27,007 bases of DNA from an uncultured Desulfurococcales archaeon. GTDB lineage: Archaea; Thermoproteota; Thermoprotei_A; Sulfolobales; WANQ01. The stretch is taken from positions 1-27,007 of the forward strand of contig CAYPZO010000007.1 in the NCBI GenBank assembly GCA_964415135.1, written 5' to 3'. The position numbers were made by a program, and so were the translations under genes. The notes under the pieces are model-generated. The model was not told the DNA's origin. It worked only from the letters and a program-made list of their open reading frames with translations, and searched no databases. Below, one piece after another: positions 8,813 to 18,258 of this stretch; within the stretch, counting starts at the first letter, position 1, and the number at the start of each line of letters is the position of its first letter.

Positions 8813-9766
8813 TTGGAGGTCTCGGATGAAATATCTTTACCTCTGTCAATAGAACTCTTAGGTCCATTACGTGTACTTCCTCATGTTCCATCATTAAATG
8901 CAGTAGTAAACTCTCCAGTTAAGGTAAAGTACTCTGCATATCTAAAGAATGCTAGATTAGTAAAAGCAAGGAGTATTAAAGACATCTCAGAGTATGATAA
9001 AATACTAGCATCTATAGAATTTAACAAACTCAGCATAAGTAATAAAAACATCATCATAGCGGATGACGAGTTACTAGAAAACATAACCAAAACACTAGCT
9101 CTCTTAAAAATGTTTCCTGAACTGAGAAACCTAAGGTCAATAATTTACCTCTATCTAGTACTTAACAGGTATAAGAGAATTGATGAAGTAAATGCTAAGT
9201 CCCTAATATCATCCATAATAGGTGGACTACAAGTCCTAAACTTAAACCCCATAGCAAAGGTTAAGCTATTACCCCACTATAATCCATACATTATAATAAG
9301 TATATTAAGTCAAGAGTTGTCTCATGAAAGAAGATGTGTAAGATCAGAAAACCTAGCGGTTATTGATAAGCTGGTAAATGTTGCCTATTTAATGTTTGAG
9401 GAAGGAATAATTAATTACACTTATCTCAAAAAGAACCTAGGATTGATAATAAAAGACTTAAACTCCTTCAATGACTGTAGAGAATTAATCTTCTACGTAC
9501 TTAGTAAACTTATTAAACATAATGCTGAAAGCCTAGAGCTCAACATAGTTAATGAACTAAGCGATGTGATAGATCATATTAATAGCTTAACTTATGGTAC
9601 TAGAATTTCATTTACTATTAACAGTACTCCATGCTTAATAGCCTTAACCCTAAATGAAGATTATGCCAAGAAGATTTTGAGGATTCTAAATAAATATGGG
9701 TTAAGAAGTTCATGGATTTCAGGTATTTTGGTGCATTACTGGACTAATGACTTCTTTTCAATTTAG
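8813..9766 (+). CDS. Degenerate GHMP-kinase-fold protein (pseudo-mevalonate-kinase-like, 317 aa)
   Basis: Colinear similarity to the window's Mvk at the N-terminus, the glycine-loop position and the C-terminus, with catalytic residues replaced (see findings). Confidence 0.6.
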   Translation: MEVSDEISLPLSIELLGPLRVLPHVPSLNAVVNSPVKVKYSAYLKNARLVKARSIKDISEYDKILASIEFNKLSISNKNIIIADDELLENITKTLALLKMFPELRNLRSIIYLYLVLNRYKRIDEVNAKSLISSIIGGLQVLNLNPIAKVKLLPHYNPYIIISILSQELSHERRCVRSENLAVIDKLVNVAYLMFEEGIINYTYLKKNLGLIIKDLNSFNDCRELIFYVLSKLIKHNAESLELNIVNELSDVIDHINSLTYGTRISFTINSTPCLIALTLNEDYAKKILRILNKYGLRSSWISGILVHYWTNDFFSI

Positions 9767-10160
9767 GTCTAAACTTTAACGCGTAAGCTATGGGTCCGTA
9801 ACTTCCTTGATCATGTACTCTCCTTAAAACTGCTTCTACCTCCATTCCAACCTTAACTTCCTCAGGATATACGTCCGTTAGCGAAGCTAGTACTTTTACC
9901 CCATTAGTTAATTCAACTATACCTACTATTAATGGAGCGTACTCTCTAAATCCGTGTGGAGGATCATGTAATACGGCATATGTGATTAATATTCCTTCAC
10001 GAGGTAAAGGTACTTGTTCAAGATCTCTTGAGCCGCACTTGCTACAGGCAGGTCTTGGTGGATAAAGTACTGCTCCACACTTCTTGCATTTCACTCCCAT
10101 AAGCATGTAGTGTGCTTTCTTTTCACGCCATATACGTGCAGGACTTATGACCTTAACCAT
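9744..10160 (-). CDS. DUF35-family Zn-ribbon/OB-fold thiolase partner protein
   Basis: CxxC-x10-CxxC, then OB-fold with PxIVGIVELxxG and VxVGMEVEAVLR, ending FRP; 4 nt downstream of the thiolase. Confidence 0.92.
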   Translation of the reverse strand: MVKVISPARIWREKKAHYMLMGVKCKKCGAVLYPPRPACSKCGSRDLEQVPLPREGILITYAVLHDPPHGFREYAPLIVGIVELTNGVKVLASLTDVYPEEVKVGMEVEAVLRRVHDQGSYGPIAYALKFRPKLKRSH

Positions 10161-10164
10161 GTTT

Positions 10165-11325
10165 TCACCTCTTGAGTATTACGACTGATATAAATGTACC
10201 AGCTCCTCCAATGCTTTGAGCTAAACCAACCTCGGCTCCATCAACTTTTATTCCAGGGAAATCTCCTCTAAGTTGCATGGCTATCTCAGCAATCTGGTAA
10301 ACTCCAGTAGCTCCTACGGGATGGCCACGAGCCTTTAAACCACCACTAGGATTGACGGTTGGTTTATCTCCGGGTCTAAACGCGTCCTCAGCTAGTAGTT
10401 TAGCTGCCTTACCCTTTTCAGCAAACCCTAGGTCCTCTAAGTCAAGTACTCCAAGTATACTAAATGCATCGTGAACTTCAACTACATCAATATTTGAGGG
10501 CTCTAATTTAGCCATTTTATAGGCGTCCTTAGATGCTAGGACTGTAGCTATTAGCATATCAAGTCTATCTCTAGATGCAATGTATATGTCGTCTGTAGCA
10601 GCTCCTACACCAGCAACAAGTATCGGGGTATCAGTTAGTTTCTTCGCTACATCCTCCGACGCTAGAACTAGAGCCGATGCTCCATCACTTATAGGACTTG
10701 CATCTAATAGTCTTAGAGGATATGCTATTACTCTTGACTTATTAACGTATTCTCTCGTTACCTTAAACCTTAACTGAGCGTAAGGATTCATTGAGGCGTT
10801 CTCATGCATTAATACAGCCCATTCACTCATTTCATCTCGAGTTACACCATACTTATCCATGTAGTACTTCATGAATAATGCGTTTAAGCTGGTAAAGCTT
10901 AAGCCATAGAATGCTTCATATTCTGCTTCAGCTGCTTTAGCTAAAGCCCAAGTAGTATCTTGGGTGCGGGCATCAGTTAACTTCTCAACACCGCCAACCA
11001 TAACCACATCATAGAGGCCTGAAGCTACAAGAGCATAACCAGTAAGAAATGCAGCACCACCACTACCACAAGCAGCTTCAGCTTTCCAAGCAGGTATCTT
11101 ACCCAAACCACAATAGTATGCTAGATAAGCTCCAAGATTATCCTGGTCTTGAAGTGAACTACTGGTCTCATTACCTACAACAAGTGCTTGAACCTTAACG
11201 TTACCTGCATCCTCAATAGCCTTCCACGCAGCTTCAGCAAATAAGTCCTTTAACCCCTTATCAAAGTGCCTACCAACTTTAGTAAAACCTATACCAACTA
11301 TATAGACCTTCCTCAACTCAAACAC
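10165..11325 (-). CDS. Acetyl-CoA C-acetyltransferase (archaeal thiolase)
   Basis: EAACGSG (nucleophile Cys), DGASA, EVHDAF, NPSGGL, GHPVGATG; GTG start. Confidence 0.93.
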   Translation of the reverse strand: MFELRKVYIVGIGFTKVGRHFDKGLKDLFAEAAWKAIEDAGNVKVQALVVGNETSSSLQDQDNLGAYLAYYCGLGKIPAWKAEAACGSGGAAFLTGYALVASGLYDVVMVGGVEKLTDARTQDTTWALAKAAEAEYEAFYGLSFTSLNALFMKYYMDKYGVTRDEMSEWAVLMHENASMNPYAQLRFKVTREYVNKSRVIAYPLRLLDASPISDGASALVLASEDVAKKLTDTPILVAGVGAATDDIYIASRDRLDMLIATVLASKDAYKMAKLEPSNIDVVEVHDAFSILGVLDLEDLGFAEKGKAAKLLAEDAFRPGDKPTVNPSGGLKARGHPVGATGVYQIAEIAMQLRGDFPGIKVDGAEVGLAQSIGGAGTFISVVILKR

Positions 11326-11355
11326 CAGTACCCATCAATGATTCGAAACTACTAG

Positions 11356-11395
11356 TATATAAAGTCTATTGTCTATTGCTGCTTCGACAATAGAC
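11356..11395 (-). promoter_or_regulatory. TATA box of the thiolase-DUF35 operon with an adjacent 10-bp inverted repeat (putative operator)
   Basis: TTTATATA on minus (11363-11356), about 30 nt before the GTG; GTCTATTGTC (11364-11373) / GACAATAGAC (11386-11395). Confidence 0.55.
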
Positions 11396-11432
11396 GTAAT
11401 AAGGGAAATTAGGAAGTGGATTATTTCTTTCT

Positions 11433-12437
11433 TTAATATATTGCTCTTGAGGATAACTCCTTATCCAATTCTATTAGTGCTCTTATCCTCTTTACAAGTG
11501 ATGGATGTGTTGAGAATAATTCCTCTTCTCCTCCTTCCTCACGATAAGCTAGGGATAGTGCTAACTGATAATCTCTTCTCCAATCATCTCCATACCTTAA
11601 GGTTAATCCTTCAAGAACATCATTTTCAGGATCACTAATTAGTAAAGCTTTAAACGTTGAGCTCTTCATTACAATAGATTTAGTGTGTTTACTAAGTCTA
11701 CCAGTTACTGATGCTATTCTTACGAGAGCTGCTGCAAGCTTCTTAGCGCCATCAGGTACATTAATTGCAGCTTCATAGTCAGCAAAATATTCTCTAAGCC
11801 TACTATACCTTAACATGATCAGAAGTAATACTATGTATATTGCATAACATGCTATAGCAAGTACAATTGCTAATGCTATACCTCCGCCTCTGTCCCTCCT
11901 ATCACCAATACCACCCCAGAGGAGACTCCACATGAGATACCTGCCTATAATGAAGAATAGCGCTGGCAGGAGCGAGATAAATAACATTAACTGTACATCC
12001 TTATGCTTTAAATGACCAACCTCGTGTCCTAGTACAGCTCTTATCTCTTCTCTATGTAGGTTCTCAATAAGCCCTCGAGTTACAGCAACTCTAGGTCCTG
12101 TTAATGGAGAGCCGTAGGCAAAAGCATTTGGTATACTAATTTCAGCTAACATTAGCTTAGGCTTAAACTTAATCTTAGCTCTACTAACTATGTCCTCAAG
12201 CATTCTATGAAGCCAAGGATACTCGTCTTCGCCAAGTTCTCTTACATGGTATATAGATTCTATGACGTATGGTGCTATAAGCCACTGAATAACGTGAAAC
12301 ACCGTAATGAGAATGGCAATAAATATTATATTTAATCCCAGTAGTGATAAAATTAGTGCTAGTGCTAAGCTCGTAATGCCAATATATAATGCTAGTGTAA
12401 GTAGCATGGTCATACGGAGGCTTAATACTGACGACAT
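11433..12437 (-). CDS. htpX: HtpX membrane zinc protease (M48)
   Basis: N-terminal TMs, PNAFAYG, HEVGH (HExxH), SRLREYFAD, STHP. Confidence 0.93.
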   Translation of the reverse strand: MSSVLSLRMTMLLTLALYIGITSLALALILSLLGLNIIFIAILITVFHVIQWLIAPYVIESIYHVRELGEDEYPWLHRMLEDIVSRAKIKFKPKLMLAEISIPNAFAYGSPLTGPRVAVTRGLIENLHREEIRAVLGHEVGHLKHKDVQLMLFISLLPALFFIIGRYLMWSLLWGGIGDRRDRGGGIALAIVLAIACYAIYIVLLLIMLRYSRLREYFADYEAAINVPDGAKKLAAALVRIASVTGRLSKHTKSIVMKSSTFKALLISDPENDVLEGLTLRYGDDWRRDYQLALSLAYREEGGEEELFSTHPSLVKRIRALIELDKELSSRAIY

Positions 12438-12533
12438 TCCTTAACCCCTAACTCCTCATAGCATATAATTATAGCCTAATAAACTTTTGTACAAATAAAG
12501 CGAATAATACATGAAGAAACAGGTGGGTAAAAC

Positions 12534-12986
12534 ATGTACCTAAGACTACCACCAAGAATCAAAGTATTAGAAGCACTAGGAGCTATAGCAGATGGTAGAA
12601 TCAAGATAATTGATGAGCATAGAGCTCAAGTAGTGTCATCTGAAGGTGATAGAGTATATGATGTATACGTAGATGTATCGAAAGGTCAAGTCTATAGTAA
12701 CGATAATGGGACGAAGTATAGAGGATATGTAGGCTATCCCATAATAGCCCTCCTCATGATTAAAGGGGTAATTCCATTCTATAGAGATGTTGCAGAAGCA
12801 TTAAAGGGAATACCTTGGAGAGAACTCAACGAAAAGTACAAGAAGTACGCAATAGTGGAGTCCATAGTAAAGGACATAGCAAGGAAGAGGGGAATAAGTC
12901 CATCATACATAGACTTAGTAATATCAAGGGTAATGAGTAAATTAAAAACGCTTAGACTTAAACTGCTCCCATCAATGCCCTCATAA
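12534..12986 (+). CDS. Conserved hypothetical protein with SWIM-like spacing but no metal ligands
   Basis: ATG with AGGTGG SD; YDVYVD-x6-YSNDNG-x3-RGYVGYPIIA segment. Confidence 0.75.
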   Translation: MYLRLPPRIKVLEALGAIADGRIKIIDEHRAQVVSSEGDRVYDVYVDVSKGQVYSNDNGTKYRGYVGYPIIALLMIKGVIPFYRDVAEALKGIPWRELNEKYKKYAIVESIVKDIARKRGISPSYIDLVISRVMSKLKTLRLKLLPSMPS

Positions 12987-14345
12987 CCTAGCTTCACTTG
13001 GCACATAGGGCTTAACGAGGTCAAGGAATTCACTAAACTTCTCGGCAAGGTACTTAATATCCTCACTGGTATGAGCCGTAGATAGTAGGAAGTGAACTGT
13101 ATGTTCAGTCATATAAGCTATTCCATTAACTAGCATGAACTTATGTAGTAGACTATACATCTCCTCACTCCAACGCTTAGTTTGAGCTACTACAGCAGAA
13201 CGTGGATACTCCACAGTAAAGTGAACACCAATTATCGAACCCTCACCCGTCACGTATGCTCTTAGTCTATGTTCTTCTATAACTTTCATTAACGACACCA
13301 TTAATTGCTTACCAAGGCTATTCAAGTATTCAAAGGCATTTGTCTTCTCAAGAACCTTAATCGTCGTTATACCAGCTATCATTGATACAGGATTACCAGT
13401 AAACGTTCCACCATGAAAGCTTCTTTCAAGCTTATCCCTATACTTCAAGTGATCGAGCTTCTCCATAACCTCCCTACGCGAGGCAAATGCCCCTATGGGG
13501 AACCCGCCACCAATGATCTTGCCCATAACAACAACATCGGCCTTGACATTAAAGTATTCCTGACCACCTCCAAGCCCAAGCCTAAACCCCGTAATAACCT
13601 CATCAAATACAAGTAATGAACCATACTTATCACATAGCTCTCTCAAAGCCTTAAGGAAATCTCTATTAGCAGGTATAGCGCCACCAGCCCCCATAACGGG
13701 CTCAATAAATACTCCTGCTATCTCATTACCATGTTCTCTAAATATCTTTTCAACGCCTTCAATATCATTAAAGGGAGCAACTATGGTATTAGCAATCATT
13801 TCATCGGGTACTCCTGCAGATTCAGGGCCCCTATATGGTGGTGTAACACCGGTATGAAGAGAATCGTATCCTCCATGCCATCCTCCCTCAAATTTAACTA
13901 GCTTCTTCCTCTTTGTATATGCTCTAACAAGTCGTGCAGAATACATATTGGCTTCAGTACCACTATTAGTAAATCTAACCATTTCGACATTAGGTACATG
14001 CTTTACTATTAACTCTGCAAGCTCAACTTCAAGTTCGTGAGCATAGCCGTAATGAGAACTGAGTTCTAATTGCTTAGTAACAGCTTTAACTATCTCGTCA
14101 TGAGCATGACCTAAGATTAAAGCTCCATGACCAATCCAGTAATCAGTATAAACATTACCATCAACATCATATACCTTACAGCCCTTCGCCCTAGCAACAT
14201 AGAATGGGTAAGGCTCATAGAACCTTATTGAATAAGTAACGCCAGCAGGTAAAACCCTACAAGCCCTATTATAAAGCTCTCTAGACCTTCTACACTTCTC
14301 CTCAAACAACTTAATGTACTTCCCGTAGACCTCACTTAAACTCAT
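12981..14345 (-). CDS. hemL: Glutamate-1-semialdehyde 2,1-aminomutase-like class III PLP aminotransferase
   Basis: RFTNSGTEA, KFEGGWHG, FDEVITGFR, GKIIGGG (PLP Lys), GTFTGNP. No other tetrapyrrole genes nearby, so the true substrate is uncertain. Confidence 0.8.
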   Translation of the reverse strand: MSLSEVYGKYIKLFEEKCRRSRELYNRACRVLPAGVTYSIRFYEPYPFYVARAKGCKVYDVDGNVYTDYWIGHGALILGHAHDEIVKAVTKQLELSSHYGYAHELEVELAELIVKHVPNVEMVRFTNSGTEANMYSARLVRAYTKRKKLVKFEGGWHGGYDSLHTGVTPPYRGPESAGVPDEMIANTIVAPFNDIEGVEKIFREHGNEIAGVFIEPVMGAGGAIPANRDFLKALRELCDKYGSLLVFDEVITGFRLGLGGGQEYFNVKADVVVMGKIIGGGFPIGAFASRREVMEKLDHLKYRDKLERSFHGGTFTGNPVSMIAGITTIKVLEKTNAFEYLNSLGKQLMVSLMKVIEEHRLRAYVTGEGSIIGVHFTVEYPRSAVVAQTKRWSEEMYSLLHKFMLVNGIAYMTEHTVHFLLSTAHTSEDIKYLAEKFSEFLDLVKPYVPSEARL

Positions 14346-14436
14346 AATATTACCTGAATATACAAGATAAAGCAGAATAATATATAAGTTTCAGAAATAG
14401 CACCACCTTAAAGACAAAAGATAAGAGAGGATAAGG

Positions 14437-15159
14437 ATGGAGCGCAAGTTTAAAGTAGTAGCAACAGATGTAGATGGAACATTAACTATTGATAGAACAT
14501 CATTTAAAATATACTCCAAAGTAATAGACGCCATAGACCAACTAGTTAAAAGGGGATTCTATGTAGTCCTCGTATCTGGAAATTCTTATCCACTCCTAAA
14601 TGGGTTAGCTAGATACCTTGGAGTTAATGGTCCAATAGTAGCTGAAAATGGATGTATAGTAGCATGGAAGGATAAAATAGTATACAAGTGCCCAAAAACA
14701 GCAAAACACGCAGCACTCCTAGTGGAGAAGGAGTTCAAGGAATACCTAACACCTAGCTGGCAAAACGAATATAGGTTATGCGACTACGCATATAGGCTAA
14801 AGAACCCCAATCAAGCAAATGAAGTAATTAAAATGATAAACAAGTTCCTAGAAGAAAAGGGTTTTACAGACCTTAAAGTAACGTATAGCGGATATGCAAT
14901 ACATATACTACCCATAGGATGCGGAAAAGATGTCGGTATCAGGAAAGTATGCGAAATACTGAATGTCAAAGAGGAGGAAGTAGTAGTTATAGGTGATGGA
15001 ATAAACGATTTAGAATTATTCAATATAAAGGGACTTAAAGTAACGGTTTCAAATGCGGATACGGAAGTCATAGAAAAAGCAGACATAGTACTAGAAAACC
15101 CAAGTGGAAGAGGATTTGTAGAACTCGTAGAAAAACTATTAAAAATCAAAATCCAGTAA
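14437..15159 (+). CDS. HAD-IIB (Cof-like) phosphatase, archaeal phosphoglycolate phosphatase type
   Basis: DVDGTLT (motif I), VSGN (II), K in GCGKDVG (III), GDGIND (IV). Confidence 0.88.
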   Translation: MERKFKVVATDVDGTLTIDRTSFKIYSKVIDAIDQLVKRGFYVVLVSGNSYPLLNGLARYLGVNGPIVAENGCIVAWKDKIVYKCPKTAKHAALLVEKEFKEYLTPSWQNEYRLCDYAYRLKNPNQANEVIKMINKFLEEKGFTDLKVTYSGYAIHILPIGCGKDVGIRKVCEILNVKEEEVVVIGDGINDLELFNIKGLKVTVSNADTEVIEKADIVLENPSGRGFVELVEKLLKIKIQ

Positions 15160-15166
15160 ATGGTAC

Positions 15167-15841
15167 CTACATGTACTGCGATATCATCCTACTTAAACCC
15201 ACTATTAATAGTATATGAGCAAAAACATATAGTACTATCGATGCCATTTCCCAGAATGCATGCAATCTAATGAAAGCAAATGCGAACACAGACGCTATAC
15301 CAGTATAACCACCATTAACTAATAGAGAAGAACTATTAACTACACCTAAGCTTATAAATGCACGATAAATAACTATCTCTCCAACAACAATTACAAGTAA
15401 ATAAATTAATCCCAAGATAGGAGAAACTTCAAAAACAATTCTACTAATAATCGCTAAACCATATATAGGCGCTGGAGAAGTGATTACAGCATAAGCTGTA
15501 ACTGCTACTGAAACTACAGAAAGTATTAACAATACTAGAGAAGAAAAGAATGCCAATTTATAAACAAGAAAACCATGAACGCTATAAGCATTTCTAAACC
15601 CATTGAAGAGAAGAAGTAATGCAACAAGATCAAGTACGCCCGATACAACAATAGCTACGACAAATGTAAACCCCATAAAAAACCTGATATCTGCATTAAG
15701 GGACTTAGTAAGAAAACCAGCAATCAAGGAAAATAGAAACATTACAACTATGGGAGATAATATCATTAGCAACCTAAGTATTAACGCTAACCTGAGTATA
15801 CGACAATAACCCACAATCCTATCATATGACAATAAAAACAC
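15167..15841 (-). CDS. Polytopic membrane protein of unknown function (about 6-7 TM)
   Basis: Mostly hydrophobic 224-aa ORF with a GTG start. Confidence 0.7.
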   Translation of the reverse strand: MFLLSYDRIVGYCRILRLALILRLLMILSPIVVMFLFSLIAGFLTKSLNADIRFFMGFTFVVAIVVSGVLDLVALLLLFNGFRNAYSVHGFLVYKLAFFSSLVLLILSVVSVAVTAYAVITSPAPIYGLAIISRIVFEVSPILGLIYLLVIVVGEIVIYRAFISLGVVNSSSLLVNGGYTGIASVFAFAFIRLHAFWEMASIVLYVFAHILLIVGLSRMISQYM

Positions 15842-16014
15842 CCTACGATAAATTGCTACAATACCACCTATATAATTTATAACTAAATGGCTAATACCCC
15901 ATTCAGTAATTAACCTTCATACTTTAACCTAATCCTAGCAATGATGTAAAGAGCTATAATCCACGTAGGGAAAAATAATTCAGATGGGTTAATCCCTAAA
16001 TCTCTCGCTTAGAT

Positions 16015-17571
16015 TTAGCTAGGCGGATAAACGTCGACATCAATGTATATGAACTTTAAATATGTCTCCTGATCATCAGCATAAACTTTATCCTTGGTTC
16101 TGTATACATTAAAGAACACATAATAATCATCGTAATCAGACCATAAATTGAGGTATGTGTACATAACCTGAGATATCTGTTCACTATAACCCCACCCTAT
16201 ACCACCATAAATAGGTACGTATTCAGCCCATGTAGGATTACCTGTCATTAGAGATAATATTATATCAGTGATATCTAGTGCCAGATCAACTCCCTTATAT
16301 TTATCTCCATTATACAAGTATCGATTTTCTCCCATTCCAGTCTTGACTTCAGAGAGCTCTGCATGACTTATCGCTAATTTCCAATATTTTTCTAAGAACC
16401 CTGAATTGTCAATAGGATTATCATCTATCATATAACTATATTCAGCTTCATATTGTTCTCCATTCCACTGAGTATTTATATCGAAGACCGTTATATTAGC
16501 AGTTATGTCTGTTGGTTCATAGCTACAGTCATAACAATCACATATAGAATCGTATCTACGGTATAAACCTACAGAACCTGAACCCTTAAAGCCAATAGCT
16601 ACAATCATATCATCCCTAAATGATGGTTGTTGACTAGTATATCTATTATTATAGAAGGACTTGGAATAGAAGAACTTAAACTTCGTATATGCATGCCATT
16701 CACGTAATTCCACAATACTTTGCCCAGTTATCTTAAACGCAATAAATATCTTAAACCAACTAACTTCCTTATCGCTATAGCTAAACATTAAGTGAGCTTC
16801 GAATATCGTTTGTGGTACCGTCCAGTATTTATATATTGATCTAACCATCATTACTGGTATAAAGTTATCTTCAAAGGAACCATAGATTTTCTCTGAAACC
16901 CACTTGGTACATAGACAAACACATGCTCCTTCAGAACACGTAAGCACAATACACCCTTCATCAATAACGTTAAAAGCCTTAGTTTTATTCTTTAAGAGAC
17001 ATGAACTACACATAATCTTTAACTTATTTAATCTTATTACCCTCGTTGGTTTATGCTTGGATAAATCTACTTCTACATCTATGACAGGCTTATATCCCTT
17101 CCTAATCAACTCTAGATTTAAGGGAACAGTCCTGATTACCGAATATACAAGATACGTAGTTTCATTTACCTTTACTGGTATATCTATGAAGAGCAGTGTA
17201 CCAACCCTAAACTCCTTAATACTCTTTAAGTGTTTAATCCACTCCTTGGCTGTTTCATTTAATCCCTTCATGATCCTATTGGTTATTTTTGCTGATCCCT
17301 CTCCAGCTATCCTTCCTAAGTAGCTTAATTTCGCCTTTGGCAATCCAGCATACATGTTAATAATAAACTTCACTGGACCAATCTTAGAATCCTTAACTCT
17401 TATGGAGGGTTGTATGTTAGGAGCTTTCTCATATTTAATGTTGACATCCTTAGTAGGAACCTCGTAGATTACAGAATTGTTGTGTATAAAACTACTTACA
17501 AGAATAATACCTATAGATGCTACTACAAAGAGTGCAATTAATAAGATCCAAGGAAGGGATACCTTAAGCAC
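16015..17571 (-). CDS. Secreted or N-anchored Cys-containing protein of unknown function (about 518 aa; start revised from 17688 to the GTG at 17571)
   Basis: GGGTGA SD + 7 nt + in-frame GTG gives MLKVSLPWILLIALFVVASIGIILVS, a signal or anchor; Cys clusters CSSC, CIVLTCSEGACVCLC and CDCYDC. Confidence 0.7.
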   Translation of the reverse strand: MLKVSLPWILLIALFVVASIGIILVSSFIHNNSVIYEVPTKDVNIKYEKAPNIQPSIRVKDSKIGPVKFIINMYAGLPKAKLSYLGRIAGEGSAKITNRIMKGLNETAKEWIKHLKSIKEFRVGTLLFIDIPVKVNETTYLVYSVIRTVPLNLELIRKGYKPVIDVEVDLSKHKPTRVIRLNKLKIMCSSCLLKNKTKAFNVIDEGCIVLTCSEGACVCLCTKWVSEKIYGSFEDNFIPVMMVRSIYKYWTVPQTIFEAHLMFSYSDKEVSWFKIFIAFKITGQSIVELREWHAYTKFKFFYSKSFYNNRYTSQQPSFRDDMIVAIGFKGSGSVGLYRRYDSICDCYDCSYEPTDITANITVFDINTQWNGEQYEAEYSYMIDDNPIDNSGFLEKYWKLAISHAELSEVKTGMGENRYLYNGDKYKGVDLALDITDIILSLMTGNPTWAEYVPIYGGIGWGYSEQISQVMYTYLNLWSDYDDYYVFFNVYRTKDKVYADDQETYLKFIYIDVDVYPPS

Positions 17572-17760
17572 TAATTCGTCACCCGAGATGGGACGTGAGG
17601 TCCAAATTATATAAGACTTGTTATCGAGAGTGCCAAACTTAATGAGAGAAAAAATAAATATAGGGGTTAGTAAACCCACCGATAGCATTATTTGATGTTA
17701 ATTATATGCTAATAAAGAATTTATTAATGCCATGACAAAATAGTCAGATAAGGGTAAAAC

Positions 17761-18258
17761 ATGTCCTTGAGTGCTACCTACAATGAATATCTTGATGAGG
17801 TTAGAACTCATACGGCTCTTCATGTATTGAAGGGTGCTGTTGTTAAAGTTCTTGGAGAGAATGCTATGTGGACTGCTAGTACATATGTTAGCGGTAAACA
17901 TGGTAGATTAACGGTCAAGTTTAATAGAAAGCCATCAGAGGACGAAGTTAGAGCTATAGAGGAACTAGCTAATAGGAAAATCAAGGAGAACTTAAGGATA
18001 GAAGTTAAGGTCATGCCTAGAAATGTAGCTGAACAAATCTATGGACAAGTAATATACGATTTATTCCCAGTACCTGAAGATGTTAAAGAACTAAGCATAG
18101 TCATAGTATATGATACTGATGGAAGCATTTGGAATATAAATGCATGCAATAAACAACACTGCACTACATCAGGCTGCATAGGCAGAATAAAGATTAGGAA
18201 AATAAGATTTAGACGAAGTAAGCAATTACTTGAAATATCATTTGACATTGAACCCTAA
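17761..18258 (+). CDS. alaXS: AlaX-S trans-editing Ser-tRNA(Ala) deacylase
   Basis: HTALH (HxxxH) and NACNKQH (CxxxH) zinc motifs; 165 aa; closely resembles the Pyrococcus AlaX-S sequence as recalled ([19 protein letters not shown], YDLFPVP, KIRKxRFRxSKxLLEI). Confidence 0.92.
   Translation: MSLSATYNEYLDEVRTHTALHVLKGAVVKVLGENAMWTASTYVSGKHGRLTVKFNRKPSEDEVRAIEELANRKIKENLRIEVKVMPRNVAEQIYGQVIYDLFPVPEDVKELSIVIVYDTDGSIWNINACNKQHCTTSGCIGRIKIRKIRFRRSKQLLEISFDIEP

Noticed and set aside
12981-14345. Heme/tetrapyrrole biosynthesis cluster
   Set aside because: Only a hemL-like gene is present; no hemA, hemB, hemC or other pathway genes are in the window.
15996-16018. 8-bp hairpin CTAAATCT-N7-AGATTTAG at the end of the secreted-protein gene
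   Set aside because: AT-rich and short; archaeal termination relies mainly on U-tracts, so it cannot be called a terminator.
17572-17688. N-terminal 39 codons of the 557-aa ORF
   Set aside because: A better SD plus GTG at 17571 directly yields a signal-peptide N-terminus; the extension is probably not translated.
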